A stretch of DNA of 64,000 nucleotides from Owenia fusiformis (Eukaryota): the NCBI GenBank assembly GCA_903813345.2, contig CAIIXF020000001.1, positions 15,438,001-15,502,000 on the forward strand, given 5' to 3'. How positions within the stretch are numbered: the stretch's first letter is position 1; every line of letters begins with the position of its first letter. The position numbers were made by a program, and so were the translations under genes. The notes under the pieces are model-generated. The model saw nothing but the letters and a program-made list of their open reading frames with translations, had not been told where the DNA came from and made no database searches. This document shows, piece by piece, positions 1-12,769 of the stretch.

Positions 1-580
1 AACAACAGTGAGATATTAAATCGACGATTATGTTGTACTGTTTTTGTTCGCAAACATGTTCATTCTCTTAAATATATGATATTGACACACGTTTGTGATA
101 AAAATGTCACTGGAGTACCTACAACGCGTGAAATAAGGAAAAAAATCGTAACCTCGAGGTTTCGACTACCTGTAGCCTTTCCCGAGTCGTTGTTCTTTTT
201 ATCTGATCTTGAATTATTACATCGGTTATAATAAATCAAGATGAGTAAAATTAAAGAGACCGACTTGGGCAGGACTAGTTTCGACATTTTGTTACCGAAA
301 CGAACCGTTTCCATACGTTATATAAAAAAAATAATCGAAAATGATTAAAAGTTGGTGGGGGTGACCGGAAGGGGGAGTGATGCGTCTCTTACACGTTACT
401 TGACATGCCCCAATATTTCAGTCTTCAAATGTTACATCCAGTTTCATTTATTAAATACATGAATGAAAACAGTTCAAGATACAACTCCCCCTCCGTTAAA
501 TTCTAGTTGATATCGATTATCTTTTATATTAACGTATGGTAATTTAATTTTAAAATACAGGAATGGCATTAATTTTGTTA

Positions 581-1390
581 ACCCCCCTATCACACCAAAC
601 TCGTTCTTACCCGTTCTTGCCAGTCCTACGAAAACGTCGTAAAACGGGCTCAATCTGGTTGTGGTCGGGAAATATGTCTGAAATAATTAGCTTCTTCGTT
701 CTTAAACAGTCTTCAATACGTCCATCTCGTTCGCAGTTCGTTCAGGTCGCACCACGTCGGTGTGCAACGCCGTAGAACGCGTCCCTTAGTCTAGAAGGTC
801 ATCATGACCTGATAACAGAACGGTATGGTCGCAATCGAATTTTGAATCGATTCAAAATTCTAAAATCACATTCCCGTCTGAGAACGTTCATGAAGTTCGT
901 AAATAGACCTTAGAAAGTTGCAGGTACGTTCATTCCGTTCGCACACAGTTTAAAACCAGTTTTGAAGAACGCAGGGGCAACTTGTTTGGTGTGATAGCTA
1001 TATTTTTGCTAACTCGTTCATAAGCAGTGTTAAATACGTTCTTAATCAGTTTAAACCCGTTTGCAATGAGTTCTACCTCGTTCTCAACATGTCCTCGGAC
1101 AGTTCAACTCGTTGTTAAAACGTCCCTAGTAGGATTGAAGTACGACGGTTCCGTTCGTAGTACGTCCAGCTCGTCGTTAGTACGTTGTCACTCGTTCTAA
1201 TTGTAGAACGTGACGACCACGAGAACATTTTGAGCATTGTCTAAGTTCTAGAGGACCTACCCGTTCGAGTACGTTCGATGAAGTTTCTAAATGGATCCCA
1301 AACGGTTCTTAGTACGTCCAGTCCGTTCGTACACAGTTGAAGCCCGTTTTCGAGAACGTATTGAGAACTAGTTTGGTGTGATAGTAGGGT
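581..1390. mobile_element. Non-autonomous TIR DNA element (ACCC..CTATCACACCAAACT family), copy 1
   Basis: TIR acccccctatcacaccaaact / agtttggtgtgatagtagggt with TA on both sides; near-identical copy at 14052-14821. Confidence 0.85.
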
Positions 1391-1689
1391 TACGTCACTA
1401 CCATAAGTATTTATTATAGGTCGTGTTGACCATTGTTGCTTGGTTTATAGCGAAAGCATTGCCTTTTGAACGTTGGTGACGCTGCGCCTTTTTAATAGAT
1501 CTCATATCTTGGAAGCGTATCGGTTCAAGAACTCTAGAAGATCGAGCAATGCGACAGAAAATCTTCAAGCTTCATTGAATTTTCGAGCAGAAGTTCGCTA
1601 CTCCCCCATCCGTTCATCTTTTCCGATCGCATAGTGTGGTTTTCATGTATCTTTAAAGCCAAGACTTAATGAAACTGAAAATGATTTAC

Positions 1690-1821
1690 CCAATTGATCT
1701 TCGCCATTGTAATCCTCTGTAGTCTTGAGCCCTGCTTCAACCGCTGCATCATAAACATACTTTACACATTCAACTTCATCCACTGTCGATACGTACAAAG
1801 GCCCCGAGGTACCATGGTATT
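1690..1821 (-). CDS. GMC copy A exon 4 ([11 protein letters not shown]...DYNGEDQL)
   Basis: HGxxGPL motif, AG/GT boundaries. Confidence 0.9.
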
Positions 1822-4800
1822 CTAGAATGTACATCAGGTGTAATAACAAAATATACATTTTTAGATACAGAATTGTTACAAAATATACCAATCAAATGAG
1901 GTTGGTCAATTTTGGGTATTTTCTGTATAACATTTACTAAATGGAGAAAATGGCGTTTCCATTTAAAATAGAAGTTACATATTATGTGTTTACAAATAGT
2001 TTATAGATAATAATTTTCTACTTTAAAATTACTAATCTTGGTAGATATGTTTCTCTTACTTGATTTGCTTAATTTTGGATCAAGCTGTGTTTCAGATTTC
2101 TTGAAATATGGAAGTACATCTTTGTAGCTCCACCCTGTGTTTCCCAGTTCTGCCCACATGTCATAGTCATATTTACTACCACGCGTGTATTGCATGCCAT
2201 TATGTGCACTGCAACCTCCAAGTAATTTGCCACGCGTCCATTTACTTTGCTTAAAAAACGTATAAGATGAGTATCATATGATTAAATACCAAATACTATA
2301 TTGAGATATAAGACGTTTTAGCTGTACACTGGCAAGACCAACATTGCTAGATGAGTATGTATGCCCAGGAGTATGCAATATTTTTTATTTCTGCACTGCC
2401 ATGGAAAATTTAGGCAAAAATTGGTCTTTTTGGGCCATTTTTGACCTTTTGCAAATTATTTTTTTCTTTCGTGACTTGAAATGTGATCCCAACCCCTTGT
2501 TGATCTTGTTAATGTAGCTTCTGGTTCCCCCGGTGATAAGGGTTATTTCTCGAAAATTAGTTGATCCATTGTTGATACTTTTAGTAAACAAGAAATTCAT
2601 TTAGGTCCGATATCCACTTGAATTAAAACACAAAATCATAAGTGTTTTACCGTTAATAACATTATTGACTTTAATTACCCTTCACATCGTCTTTGACATA
2701 CCTTTTTTCTTAAAATGATCAATTAAACTATCAATTTCAGCATTAAGAAGTATAAATTCAGTTCAAAGCTTCAAAAGGGGAAATCCAAGAGGAATGTTTA
2801 TCTAGGGGATTTCTTTGTAGAAAATAATAAAAAATAGATGTAAGTCTTGATAAAATATCCAAACTTAAATATATTTTGACACTGGTCCATGATCGTTGAA
2901 TCTTGCTATATTCTGCACTGATTGTTGCACCTTTAATGTTTTGGTATGGTCAACATTGGGCATTTAAAATGATGGGTTCATTCTTAAACACCTTTAAACA
3001 ATATTCTTCATTATATGGTGCGAAAGCACCATTTTATTCTTTTCCATGAGACTATTTTAAGCAAGGTCAAATATATCTTATTTTCTATCATACATCTTTA
3101 TTCTTTCACACTTTAACTGTTATTAAATGTTCTTTCCAATGGTATTTAGTATGTGTGTGTGCCTCTCCAAATCCATGCTGTGGATGGATGCACGACAACC
3201 TGTGTTTAATGATAAGAATCAGGCAAGATTATTTCAAGTATATTTTTATCATAAAGGAATCGTTATAATAGGGTAGATTTTCAAAAATACTTGTATGAAT
3301 TGTATATTATTTATTCACCGAGTTTTCCAAGCCTTTGCAACAATGTTTCTGTGGAACCGTTTTGTATTCCCAGTCCATGCTAGTTCGTTGAAGAAGCGTG
3401 AAGCCAAGCGGTGCCTTTGTGAGAGGGTTTGATGCTTCTCCAGCTTCTAGGAGTAACACTTTGGTGTTTGGGTCTTCTGACAGTCTACTTGCTATAACAG
3501 CACCTGCTGATCCTGCTCCGACTGTAAAAGGTTGAAATATTATTGTTGAAAAATTAACTCCTAGGCACACAAAAAATGGTTCAGAGAAATTTTAGTTCTT
3601 AGTGAATGCCAATGGCCCAAGATATTTGAAACATATTAAGAGCTTAGTTCCAACCTAGATATAGGCCAACAATATTCGTTTATTTGAAGGTTTACACCCC
3701 AGTCACATTTGTCGTACGGCGGCCGTGCATCGACCGCAGATCAATTAAATCAGTGAATTTCTGCGGCGAGTGTAGAAAATCTTACGTTCGCCTTGCGGTC
3801 TCCGTACGGCGTATCCAGTTTTTTACAGGCCGCAGGGTAGTCGTAGAAATTATAATTGGAGTTATAATATTTGTACATTTCTGAGGTCTCCGTAGAAATC
3901 AACAGGCCGTTGCAAGACCGCAGAAAGGTCCAACGGCGGCCACAAGTTATAACATAGTAGCCGAGACATAGTGCTACGGCCAAGCCCATTTGTGTCCAAA
4001 ATACCTAGATTCAATTTGACTTTAGATTCTTGTAGGGGACCCCAAGGCATGTAAAAAAAGTTTGTGAACCCTTGCAAAGCAGGCTCAAAAGTGCTGAGTC
4101 AGCAAATTTTATCATTTTCGAGTCGGAGTTTGACCATATGCTTGAAACTATTTAATATCTCATTTGAGGTTGTTGCAATTATAATGACACATTATTAATA
4201 TATCAATAAGGCATGTATGAAGAAGTCCTGAACGTTTGGGTCTTATCCAACAGAATTTGGTAGAGATATAAGATATTTTGTCCCTAAAAGTACACAATTT
4301 CTCTTCAAAACTTCTTAATCAGTCTACAGTAAATCCGTCATTTAAAAATCAGTAAGGGCCTATGGTGTATAAAACCTGATTAAAAACGTCACTGATGATG
4401 TTAGCAAATATTTCTTGCATAAGTTTCAATGAAAAGTGCTTGCATCTATTTTTCTGATTTTTCTCTTTACCTTCCCCTAAAAATTCAAGAAAGGGGGCGT
4501 GGCACCTTACACTTCAGTTGTTGAACTTATTGCTAGGGTACGTCAAATAGAAAATGTGTATCATTATAGCAAAATTTGTTATTCAAAATAAATCTAAACA
4601 CTATATGTGTCATCATAATATGCTAAACATGTTCATTATCTACCATTTTATATTTTTTACAGCTTATCATTGCCATACCCCATAAAACTGTTTAGGGTAT
4701 GTGTTGTCAGCAATTGGAAATACATGTATGTGTACTAATAACATTTTTCAAAATTGTATTTCAGGTGCCATTCTTTCCTAATGTTGTTCATGTAGTTATG

Positions 4801-7800
4801 GTTTATGTTTATGAATGATAACACTTCCCATCATAAGTTTGGCAACTCGAACCCCTTTGAATCACTTATTAAAGCCTGTTTATTTTTGGCATATGAAATC
4901 GAAGTATCTGAAATATGGTAATAAGGAACATAATCAAGTTTTAAAAATAGACAGACTTTCATATGCTTTCATAATAACTTCCAGTTGCCCAACTTATGGA
5001 GGCGGTGTATTTTTTTGGCGATCAAACTGTATATACTGTATACATACCTTGACGGGGATCCTCGGCACACATGGGGTACCTTTTTGACATTTGGTATGGC
5101 AATGGACCCAAATTTTAGGATGTGGTATGAGAATGCCCCCTCATTATGACTTTTGGGGGATGGAAATGGTCAGATTTTTCAACTTTCTGGTATGAGAATG
5201 GTCATGGAAAATATTTTATCTCACAATTATGGTATGGAATTGGTCTAGTACACTGGTGATCCACTCGATTACGCTCGGGTTACCAAAACGGTTCGTTTTG
5301 GTAACAAAATGTCGGAACACCCGGAAGGTACCATTTTTCTCTTTTCCTTATTTTACACGTTGTAGGCAGAATTCCCACGACATTTTTTAACACAAACGTG
5401 TATCAGTATCATATGTTTAAGTAAGTGTACATATTTGCGAACAAATAGTTCAGAAGACAAGAGAATTGTCGATTTACTTCCTCACTTAAGTTACATCAAC
5501 GGTTTGGGTTAAAAGTGCAGATCTTAACTGTTTTTCGAAAAACCGTTTATGTAACTTAAGTGAGGAAGTAAATCGACGTTTCTGTTGTCCTCTGAGCTAT
5601 TTTTTCGCAAACATGTACATTTTCTAAAACATGATACTGATTTACTGATGCACGTTGTGTGAAAAAACGTCGTGGGGATTCTGCCTACAACGCGTGAAGG
5701 AAAAAAGAAAAATCGTGCCTTCGACGTTCCGACATTTTGTTACCAAAACGGTTCGTTTTGGTAACCAGCGTAATCGAGTGGATCACCAGTGTAGTAGTTA
5801 CACATATCCTAATTCGAGGTTGTTTTGTTCATTTTCCTCAAAGATCATCTTCTTCTTGGGACCTTCTTCAGTTTAAATAAATAGCTTTTTTTCCCAGGAA
5901 ATATTCTACTTTGGACCAGTCGTGGCATTGGTCCTATATTTTGACATTTGGTATGGCATTGTTTTATATTTGGGCATTTGGTTTGGCTTTTGGGCACTAT
6001 ATCGGTTGGTATGGGAACATATCCAAATTTGACATTTTTGTAGGGGAATATATTGATATCTGAGGGTTTAGCCTAGGACCCCCGCCACATTTTGTACACA
6101 GTGAACCCCTCGGGATCGACCCCCCCCCCCCTGAACAAAAGCTGGCTACGCCCCTGTTGTCCCTACAGAATTGGAGATAATGTTTCATCCCTAGTCTAGC
6201 ACCCGATACTTCACATAGTATCAAGGGAATTGATTGTTCTTTGTAAAGGAAACAATTGTATCCCTGTGGATAGAAGAGTTGAGTAGCGCCAGCGAAGTAA
6301 CCTCCTTTGTATATATGCACCAAAACATAGAAATAGATTTTTAAAACCTTGATTATTGCAATCAATTTCACTCGTCGATTACAGTTATTTTAGTTGTGAA
6401 CATCATCATTTATAACGTTAGAGTCTTTATATTTTATAGTGTTGTAGAGTGGAATTACCTTTTAGCATCTTTTTCAACCAGTCAAGTATTTTTGGATTAT
6501 TCATTAAGTTTCTGTCCAGTTTCATTTATGATAAGCTTTTTCTGATGTCATAAGTCATCCCCTCCATGTAAGTATAATAGTGTAAGTGTTCAACGGAGCT
6601 TATTATCATCTTCGACTTCCAAGTTGTTATTCATTTGAAGCAATTGAAATCTTGAGAATCAAGATGGCTAATCATCAGAATTTTCAATCTTAAATGGGTT
6701 TTCATTTGCTTCTACAACCTTGATTATGCTTTATACAGATGACTCATTACTCCTGGAGCAGTATCATTGACAGTAAGTTCCAGTTTTTGTTCCCTGCTAA
6801 CTGTTATAGTACTTAATAAGCTGCTGACTGATAATATCTTGTGATCAACCAATCCACACTCAGTTATCAAGCACTACTTATGTTTTGTCACTCTGATTGA
6901 CTTTTGGAATCTGTTTTTCCAAGACCATATGTTATCACAAAACCCCTTCATAATAAACCTATTCACCAGTTAAAGACATTCAATCCAAGGCCAAGTGTTA
7001 CCAGGGAATGCCTCATCCACTAGGATCCTATAGATTCTGTAGTAACATGTGGTCATGAATTGAATGCAGAAGAAAAAGATCATTAGTTAACGTTTTGATG
7101 AATGTAAACAAAGGAAATTACTTCGCTAAAGCCTAACATGCACCAATACGACATGGTGGGACCTCCATTGATTTAACATTGGGTGGGACCTCATGGAAAT
7201 TTGTTGGAATTCATTGAGCTTTGCCTGATGGAACACCTTGGGATTCCTTGGGACTTTCCCCATGAAGCCCCATTGAGTCCCATGAGATTCGATGGGGTAT
7301 CATTTGGCAAAGTCCCACGAAGCCCCATTGAGAATGAACCTGTTCATTCTCTTTCCATTGGGCATTGTGGGACTTTTGATCATGGGATGTGTCAGCTAAC
7401 TTGGGATAAAAATGACTGCGACATTTATGGAGGAACTCGACGAGACTCCACGGGGCAAAGTTAATAAGGTCTCATGGGACATTGTAGGACTTGATATGGT
7501 ATGGCGGGACTTGATGGGGTGAGTAGGATTCTGCGCCATTGGAATATGTTGGCCTTATGACCAAACTCGGTTAATGTCACATATCATATAAGTAATGTCA
7601 ACAAACCTAGTGCCAAGAAATTGATCACTTGAGAGAATGTAACGCACTATTATTTCCTTTGGCTTCAGGTTTCTACAACTAAACAATTTATGACACATAT
7701 AATACAAAGCATATATATACACCCCCTCTCTAAGCTTGGCAACTGCAAGTTTTCATATGATAACATTTCAACGTCTGTCAATGTTTGAGCCTCGATTTTG

Positions 7801-10800
7801 ATCCTTATTGCTTTATTTCAAAAGCTTGATGTCTTGTTTAAAATTACCAAACAACATGACAAGCTTTGATAAGTGATACAAAGGGGGACTTCCAGTTACA
7901 AAACTTATGATGGGGAGTGTAATATAACATATTATCATCATAATTCATTAACTACATCAACAACATTAGGATAGAATGGCATTTGAAATACAATTTTGAA
8001 CTTGAATGTACACATACATGTATTTCCGATTGCTGACCACACATACCCTAAACGGTTTTATGGAGTATGGCAAAGATGAGCTGTAAAAATATAAAATGGT
8101 AGAAAATGAATATATTTAGCATATTATGATGTCACACATAGTGTTTAGATTTAACACATTTTGCTATAGTGATACACATTTTCTATTTGATCCTAGCAAC
8201 AAGTTCAACAACTGAGGTGTAATGTGCCACGCCCCCTTTCTTGAATTTTTTGGGGAAGGTAAAGAGAAAAATAAGAAAAATAGATTTTTTTTTTATATGA
8301 TAAACTATTTATTTCATGATATTCAAATTTACATCGAATTGCTTGCCAATCGCCTAGTGGCATTATAGGCCAAGCTTAAATACATAATTTATATTTTATA
8401 CAATTAGGAACAGCATTTTGTCCATTGTGGCATAGAAGAACTGGGGGTGTCTGGCTAAGAATGAGAGTTAGGTGTCAAGTTTTTGGTTCCATGAGGGCAA
8501 AAAGGGAGATGAGGATGATACAGAAAAACTATGGAAAGGTCATTACTTCCATATTTCAAAAAATGCATAATTTGGTTTTCATTTTTGATAGTGTTTGGTT
8601 TGTATATTGAGATTTTATTAAAAAACATTGTTCTGCTTGCAAGATTTTGAGGGCATCTAAAAAAGACATGTTTTGGGGTTTCAGGTAATCCACAAGCACA
8701 GTTGGGAGTGTTTAAAGTGGTAAAGTTGTGTGCATATAGTTTGGCTTTAAAAATCAGATCTACTCTGAATCTGTTTAGTACGATTTCTAAGTTCCTGGTA
8801 AGCTTTAGTTTGGTTGTAGGGTCAAATTTAGGTTTTGATTCTTGGATAAGTTTTTTTTGGCGAATTTTAAAGATAGGAAGACTTAGACTTTCTTTTAGAT
8901 ATTGTGGAGCTCTGTTCCACAGTGAGGCAGCAGCTGGCGACTTTTTCAGTTTATCTGAGCATTTTGCGGGCAATCTATAGTCTATCTTATGTCTTAATGT
9001 TCTTGCATTTTGAATTTTTAAAGGCTCAAAAATATCGGTAATGTATTTTGGACATAAATTGTGATTTACACGATACATAAATCTCAAAATTTGCATATCC
9101 CTTCTGGTCTCAAGAGGTGTCCATGCAAGTGTATCAATGACTTTTTCTGTGCTGCTTCCATGAATACAGCCGCTACAGATAAGTGCTGCTTGGTAAAAGT
9201 ATTGGTTCAAAATATTGAGAAGGTATTTATTCGAAGAGTTAAAAATAATGGCACCATATTCAAAATGTGGTCTTATGAATGATACAAAAATAGTTTCCAA
9301 AGATTTAGATGTAAGATTTCGTTGTAGAGACTTAAGCGGATTGATCATTTTATTTACTTTATCTCGAATTGACAAGATGTGTGCTTCATTTGTCAAGTGC
9401 TCGTCACATATAAATCCTAAGTGTTTCTGTGAATTCACACGATCAATGGGTATATTGTTCATGACGGTTTCACTTACCTGTGATAATTGAATTTTTGACT
9501 TATGGAATATTATTTCTTTCGTTTTCTCGGGTTTAAAACTAAGTTTCCATTTTTCAGACCAATGTATAATTTTTCTTATAGATTCATTTACTTTATCGTC
9601 AATTTCTTTTGGATTTTGAGTACTAAATGGAAAATATACTGAGGTATCATCAGCATAGATGAAACAGTCTGTGTCAAGGTCATCCGGTAGATCATTTATA
9701 AATAAAAGGAAAAGCAAGGGGCCTAATATTGACCCCTGTGGGACACCGCTTCTTATAGCATTTGGTTCAGATAAATGTGAGGAAGTGCCTGCTATTGTGA
9801 CCCTAACTCTGCGATCATTTAGATATGACTTCAACATTTTGAGAACTTGGCCACCTATACCATATGATTTTGTTTTTAAGAGTAAAAGTCTATGTGGCAC
9901 ACAGTCAAAGGCTGACGCGATGTCTAAAAATAGGGCTTTTATTCCCTTTCCTTTATCCAAATTAGTTTGTATAAGATGTTCAATGGCGACTAGCTGCGCC
10001 TGAGTACTGTACCCTGGCAGAAACCCTGATTGAAATTTAAACAAAAGGTCATTTGAAATCAAGTGGTTTTTAATTCTGTCAGTGACAATAGTTTCAAAAA
10101 TTTTTGACAGACAGCTCAATAGTGTAATGGGTCGATAGTTCGATATTTCTGATTTTTTTTTTTTGTGAATGGGGCAAATATTTCCAATTTTCCAGGAGTT
10201 CGGGAAAGTGCAATTTTTGAGTAACTTGTTAAAAAGGTCAGCTAAAGGATGAGATATTGTATGTGCAGTCATTAAGAGCATTTTATTAGTTATTTTATCC
10301 GGGCAACAGGCTTTGGAGCTGTAAAAAATAGTAAAAGATAGATGCTGGTACTTTTTATTGAAACTTATGCAAGAAATATTTGCTAACATCATCAGTGAAG
10401 TTTTTAATCAGGTTTTGTATACCATAGGCCCTTACTGTTTTTTAAATGACGGATTAACTATCGACTGATTAAGAAATTTTGATGAGAAATTATGTACTTT
10501 TAGGGACAAATTATCCCATATCTTTACCAAATTCTGTTGGATAAGACCCAAACTTTCAGGAATTCTTCATACATGCCTTACTGATTTATTAATAATGTTT
10601 CATTATAATTGCAACAACCTCAAATGAGATATTAAATAGTTTCAAGCATATGGTCAAACTCCGACTCGAAAATGATAAATTTGCTGACTCAGCACTTTTG
10701 AGCCTGCTTTGCAAGGGTTCACAAACTTTTTTTACATGCCTTGGGGTCCCCTACAAGAATCTAAAGTCAAATTGAATCTAGGCGTTTTGGACACAAATGG

Positions 10801-12242
10801 GCTTGGCCGTAGCACTAACAACACAAGTCCCAAGTCTGTATTTTTACGCTCATTTCTTCATTTTTAAGAGTTAAGTCATCATATTTTGCATGCATATTCC
10901 TTGAAGAAATCCTAACATCTAATTTTATTGGTTTCGATTATAATTTATTTGTTAAAAATATAGAAACATTTGATTTGTATTGGTCCATAATCAGAATTAT
11001 CCATTTTGTGTAACAAATGGAACATTTTGACGTCATTAATAAAAAATTGAAGTTATAAATGATAGATTCAATATGGTGTCTCTAATCTTATTGACAATAA
11101 CTATCATCCAAGATATTTTTTGCCAGTCATCAGATCATGCATTGGAAGAGTACCCCAATGAGAAATGCATTCATTGATTGTGGCAAGCAGTGAATTGGCA
11201 AAACAGTGGTGGAGTCACGCCATTATTTTGCCGCATTTTGGTCCTGAATTTCCCCTTTAAGATCGTTTGTTACTACTGTGACGTCACAATATAGCATCTG
11301 ACGTCATAATACGGGTACCAAATTAACGCACACATTACAAGCTTTAAGATGATACCAAATATGTCATCATTCATTTGATTAAAATGGTTACTGGAATAAG
11401 CCCAAAGGGTATGTCACTCCCCTACCCCATCCATTTTTCAGGAAATTAAAACACGCAAAAAATCTCAAATAATGCAGGCATCTTCAGGGGTCCTTTTTGG
11501 CCCCGTTTTATTTCAAATATCATGTTTCTGCATACCATTTTTCTCGGATATGTCTCAATTACCCCAAAATAGTTACACTTCTGCTGAAAAAGGAAACATG
11601 TGGTCAATTTGGAATTATTACACCAAAAGTAGTGATTTTTTATATAAAGTTAAAATAATGCATTTGGCGCTGAAAATGGCAAATTTTGATTATAGACCAA
11701 TCAGAATCAAATGTTTCTCTATTTTCAACAAATTTAAGTTATAATCAAAACCAATAAAATTCTATGTCAGGATTTCTGCAAGGAATATGCATGCAAAATG
11801 TGGTGACTTAACTCTTAAAAGTGAAGAAATGAGAGTAAAAATACAGACTTGGGACTTGTGTTGTCTCGGCTACTATGTATGCATGCATAGACAAAATAGA
11901 TTTAGTGGTTGAAATGAGCGTTGAGTGTTGTATTTGATGATCTAAGAACCTACACATTTGTTTTTAAAATGACTGGAAATTCAAATATTTGGAAATTTTA
12001 AAATGATCAATTTTTTTCAAAAGTCATATATTTCGTAAATATGTGTCAAATGACTTTTCAAAGTAATATTTGAATGGTCTTCTCCATTTTTTTGCAAATC
12101 TACCCTTTTCCTTACCTACAATATAGTCATATTCCTTATCTAATACATCCTGTATTTTCGAATTAATGTCTTCAGCCCTTTCCTTTGTAAAATAGAGATA
12201 AATCGCAGCAAGAACTATGATATATGACAAACTCTTGAACAT
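1690..12242 (-). CDS. GMC oxidoreductase copy A, exons 1-4 (gene continues beyond the left edge)
   Basis: Exons 12116-12242, 3319-3521, 2060-2249, 1690-1821 have the same sizes and phases (127/203/190/132) as copies B and C. Sequence is more divergent. Confidence 0.9.
2060..2249 (-). CDS. GMC copy A exon 3 ([24 protein letters not shown]...)
   Basis: GMC signature region, AG/GTAAG boundaries. Confidence 0.92.
3319..3521 (-). CDS. GMC copy A exon 2 (VGAGSAG...KGLENS)
   Basis: GxGxxG motif, AG/GT boundaries. Confidence 0.92.
5251..5791. mobile_element. Foldback MITE with CACTGG termini and TAGTA direct flanks
   Basis: cactggtgatccactcgattacgct / agcgtaatcgagtggatcaccagtg; almost wholly palindromic; related fragment at 1-310. 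Confidence 0.85.
8286..10337 (-). mobile_element. 5'-truncated non-LTR retrotransposon (CR1/L2-group RT), ORF still open
   Basis: ORF 8455-10392 has [37 protein letters not shown] and a C-terminal CACG...H...CP. AATAAA plus poly(A) at 8285-8294. Sits in the right TIR of 3969-10817; the first ~19 codons of the listed ORF are host TIR. Confidence 0.92.
12116..12242 (-). CDS. GMC copy A exon 1 ([18 protein letters not shown]...EYDYIV)
   Basis: ATG at 12242, GTAAG donor; homologous to B/C exon 1. Confidence 0.88.
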
Positions 12243-12435
12243 TGTAAAGCAGTGCAATGTCTATACTTGACCTCTCACACTGATCTATCAATACTAATCC
12301 TAAGCATGTATTTTAATCAATTGTGTAATCTACAAGGATCGTCCAGACTCTGGAACATCATTTAAGCTGTGCAGTGTTTACCGTGTATGTTAAGTCTGTC
12401 ACTCTGACACATATACAACGATACTTAATACTCGG

Positions 12436-12530
12436 CATGTTGGCCCAATTCCCATTTATAGGACACTCTGGTAAATAAGTAACCTTTTGAATACCAGGCT
12501 CTAAATATGGTTTAAAGCTAGAACATACTT
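12436..12530 (-). promoter_or_regulatory. Conserved upstream block with TATA-like box (paralogues at ~37113-37205 and ~62286-62378)
   Basis: gtgtccTATAAA(T/C)gg at 12454-12460, 37130-37135 and 62303-62308, 165-210 bp upstream of the ATG; conserved between divergent A and B/C. Confidence 0.45.
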
Positions 12531-12769
12531 TTTTTCAAGTTTTTATATTTTACATGATTTTTCTTTTCAATTTTGTAAAGTAAAACCCATTAATGGTTTC
12601 GGTAAAATAGCTATCAAACCACTACAATAGTTATCACTGCGCACGTCCTTCAAAAAGTTGTCAAACTGGTTTTAAACTATGGTCGAACTGAATGGACGTA
12701 GCTGCAACTTTCTACGGTCTATTTATGAACTTAATGGACCTGCTCAGACGGGAAGGCGATTTAGAATTA

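Larger units (their letters stand above)
3969..10817. mobile_element. Long-TIR non-autonomous DNA transposon, Academ-like (TAG...CTA termini, 3-bp TSD ACA)
   Basis: tagtgctacggccaagc / gcttggccgtagcacta. TIRs ~1 kb (3969-~5010 versus ~7720-8285 plus 10338-10817). ACA at 3966-3968 and 10818-10820. Superfamily is inferred. Confidence 0.8.
3952..11878. mobile_element. Outer TIR element (~1.07 kb of its own sequence: 3952-3968 plus 10818-11878)
   Basis: TIR acatagtagccgagacaacacaagtcccaagtctg is reconstructed after removing 3969-10817; inverse at ~11740-11878; no clear TSD. Confidence 0.75.

Noticed and set aside
2160-2249. Recent horizontal transfer of the GMC from fungi or bacteria
   Set aside because: Eleven-exon structure and animal-type GMC features argue against it; one shared motif is insufficient without a phylogeny.
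8702-10003. Plus-strand ORFs 8702, 9061, 9215, 9659 (also 45355 and 52301)
   Set aside because: Antisense shadows of LINE RT ORFs.
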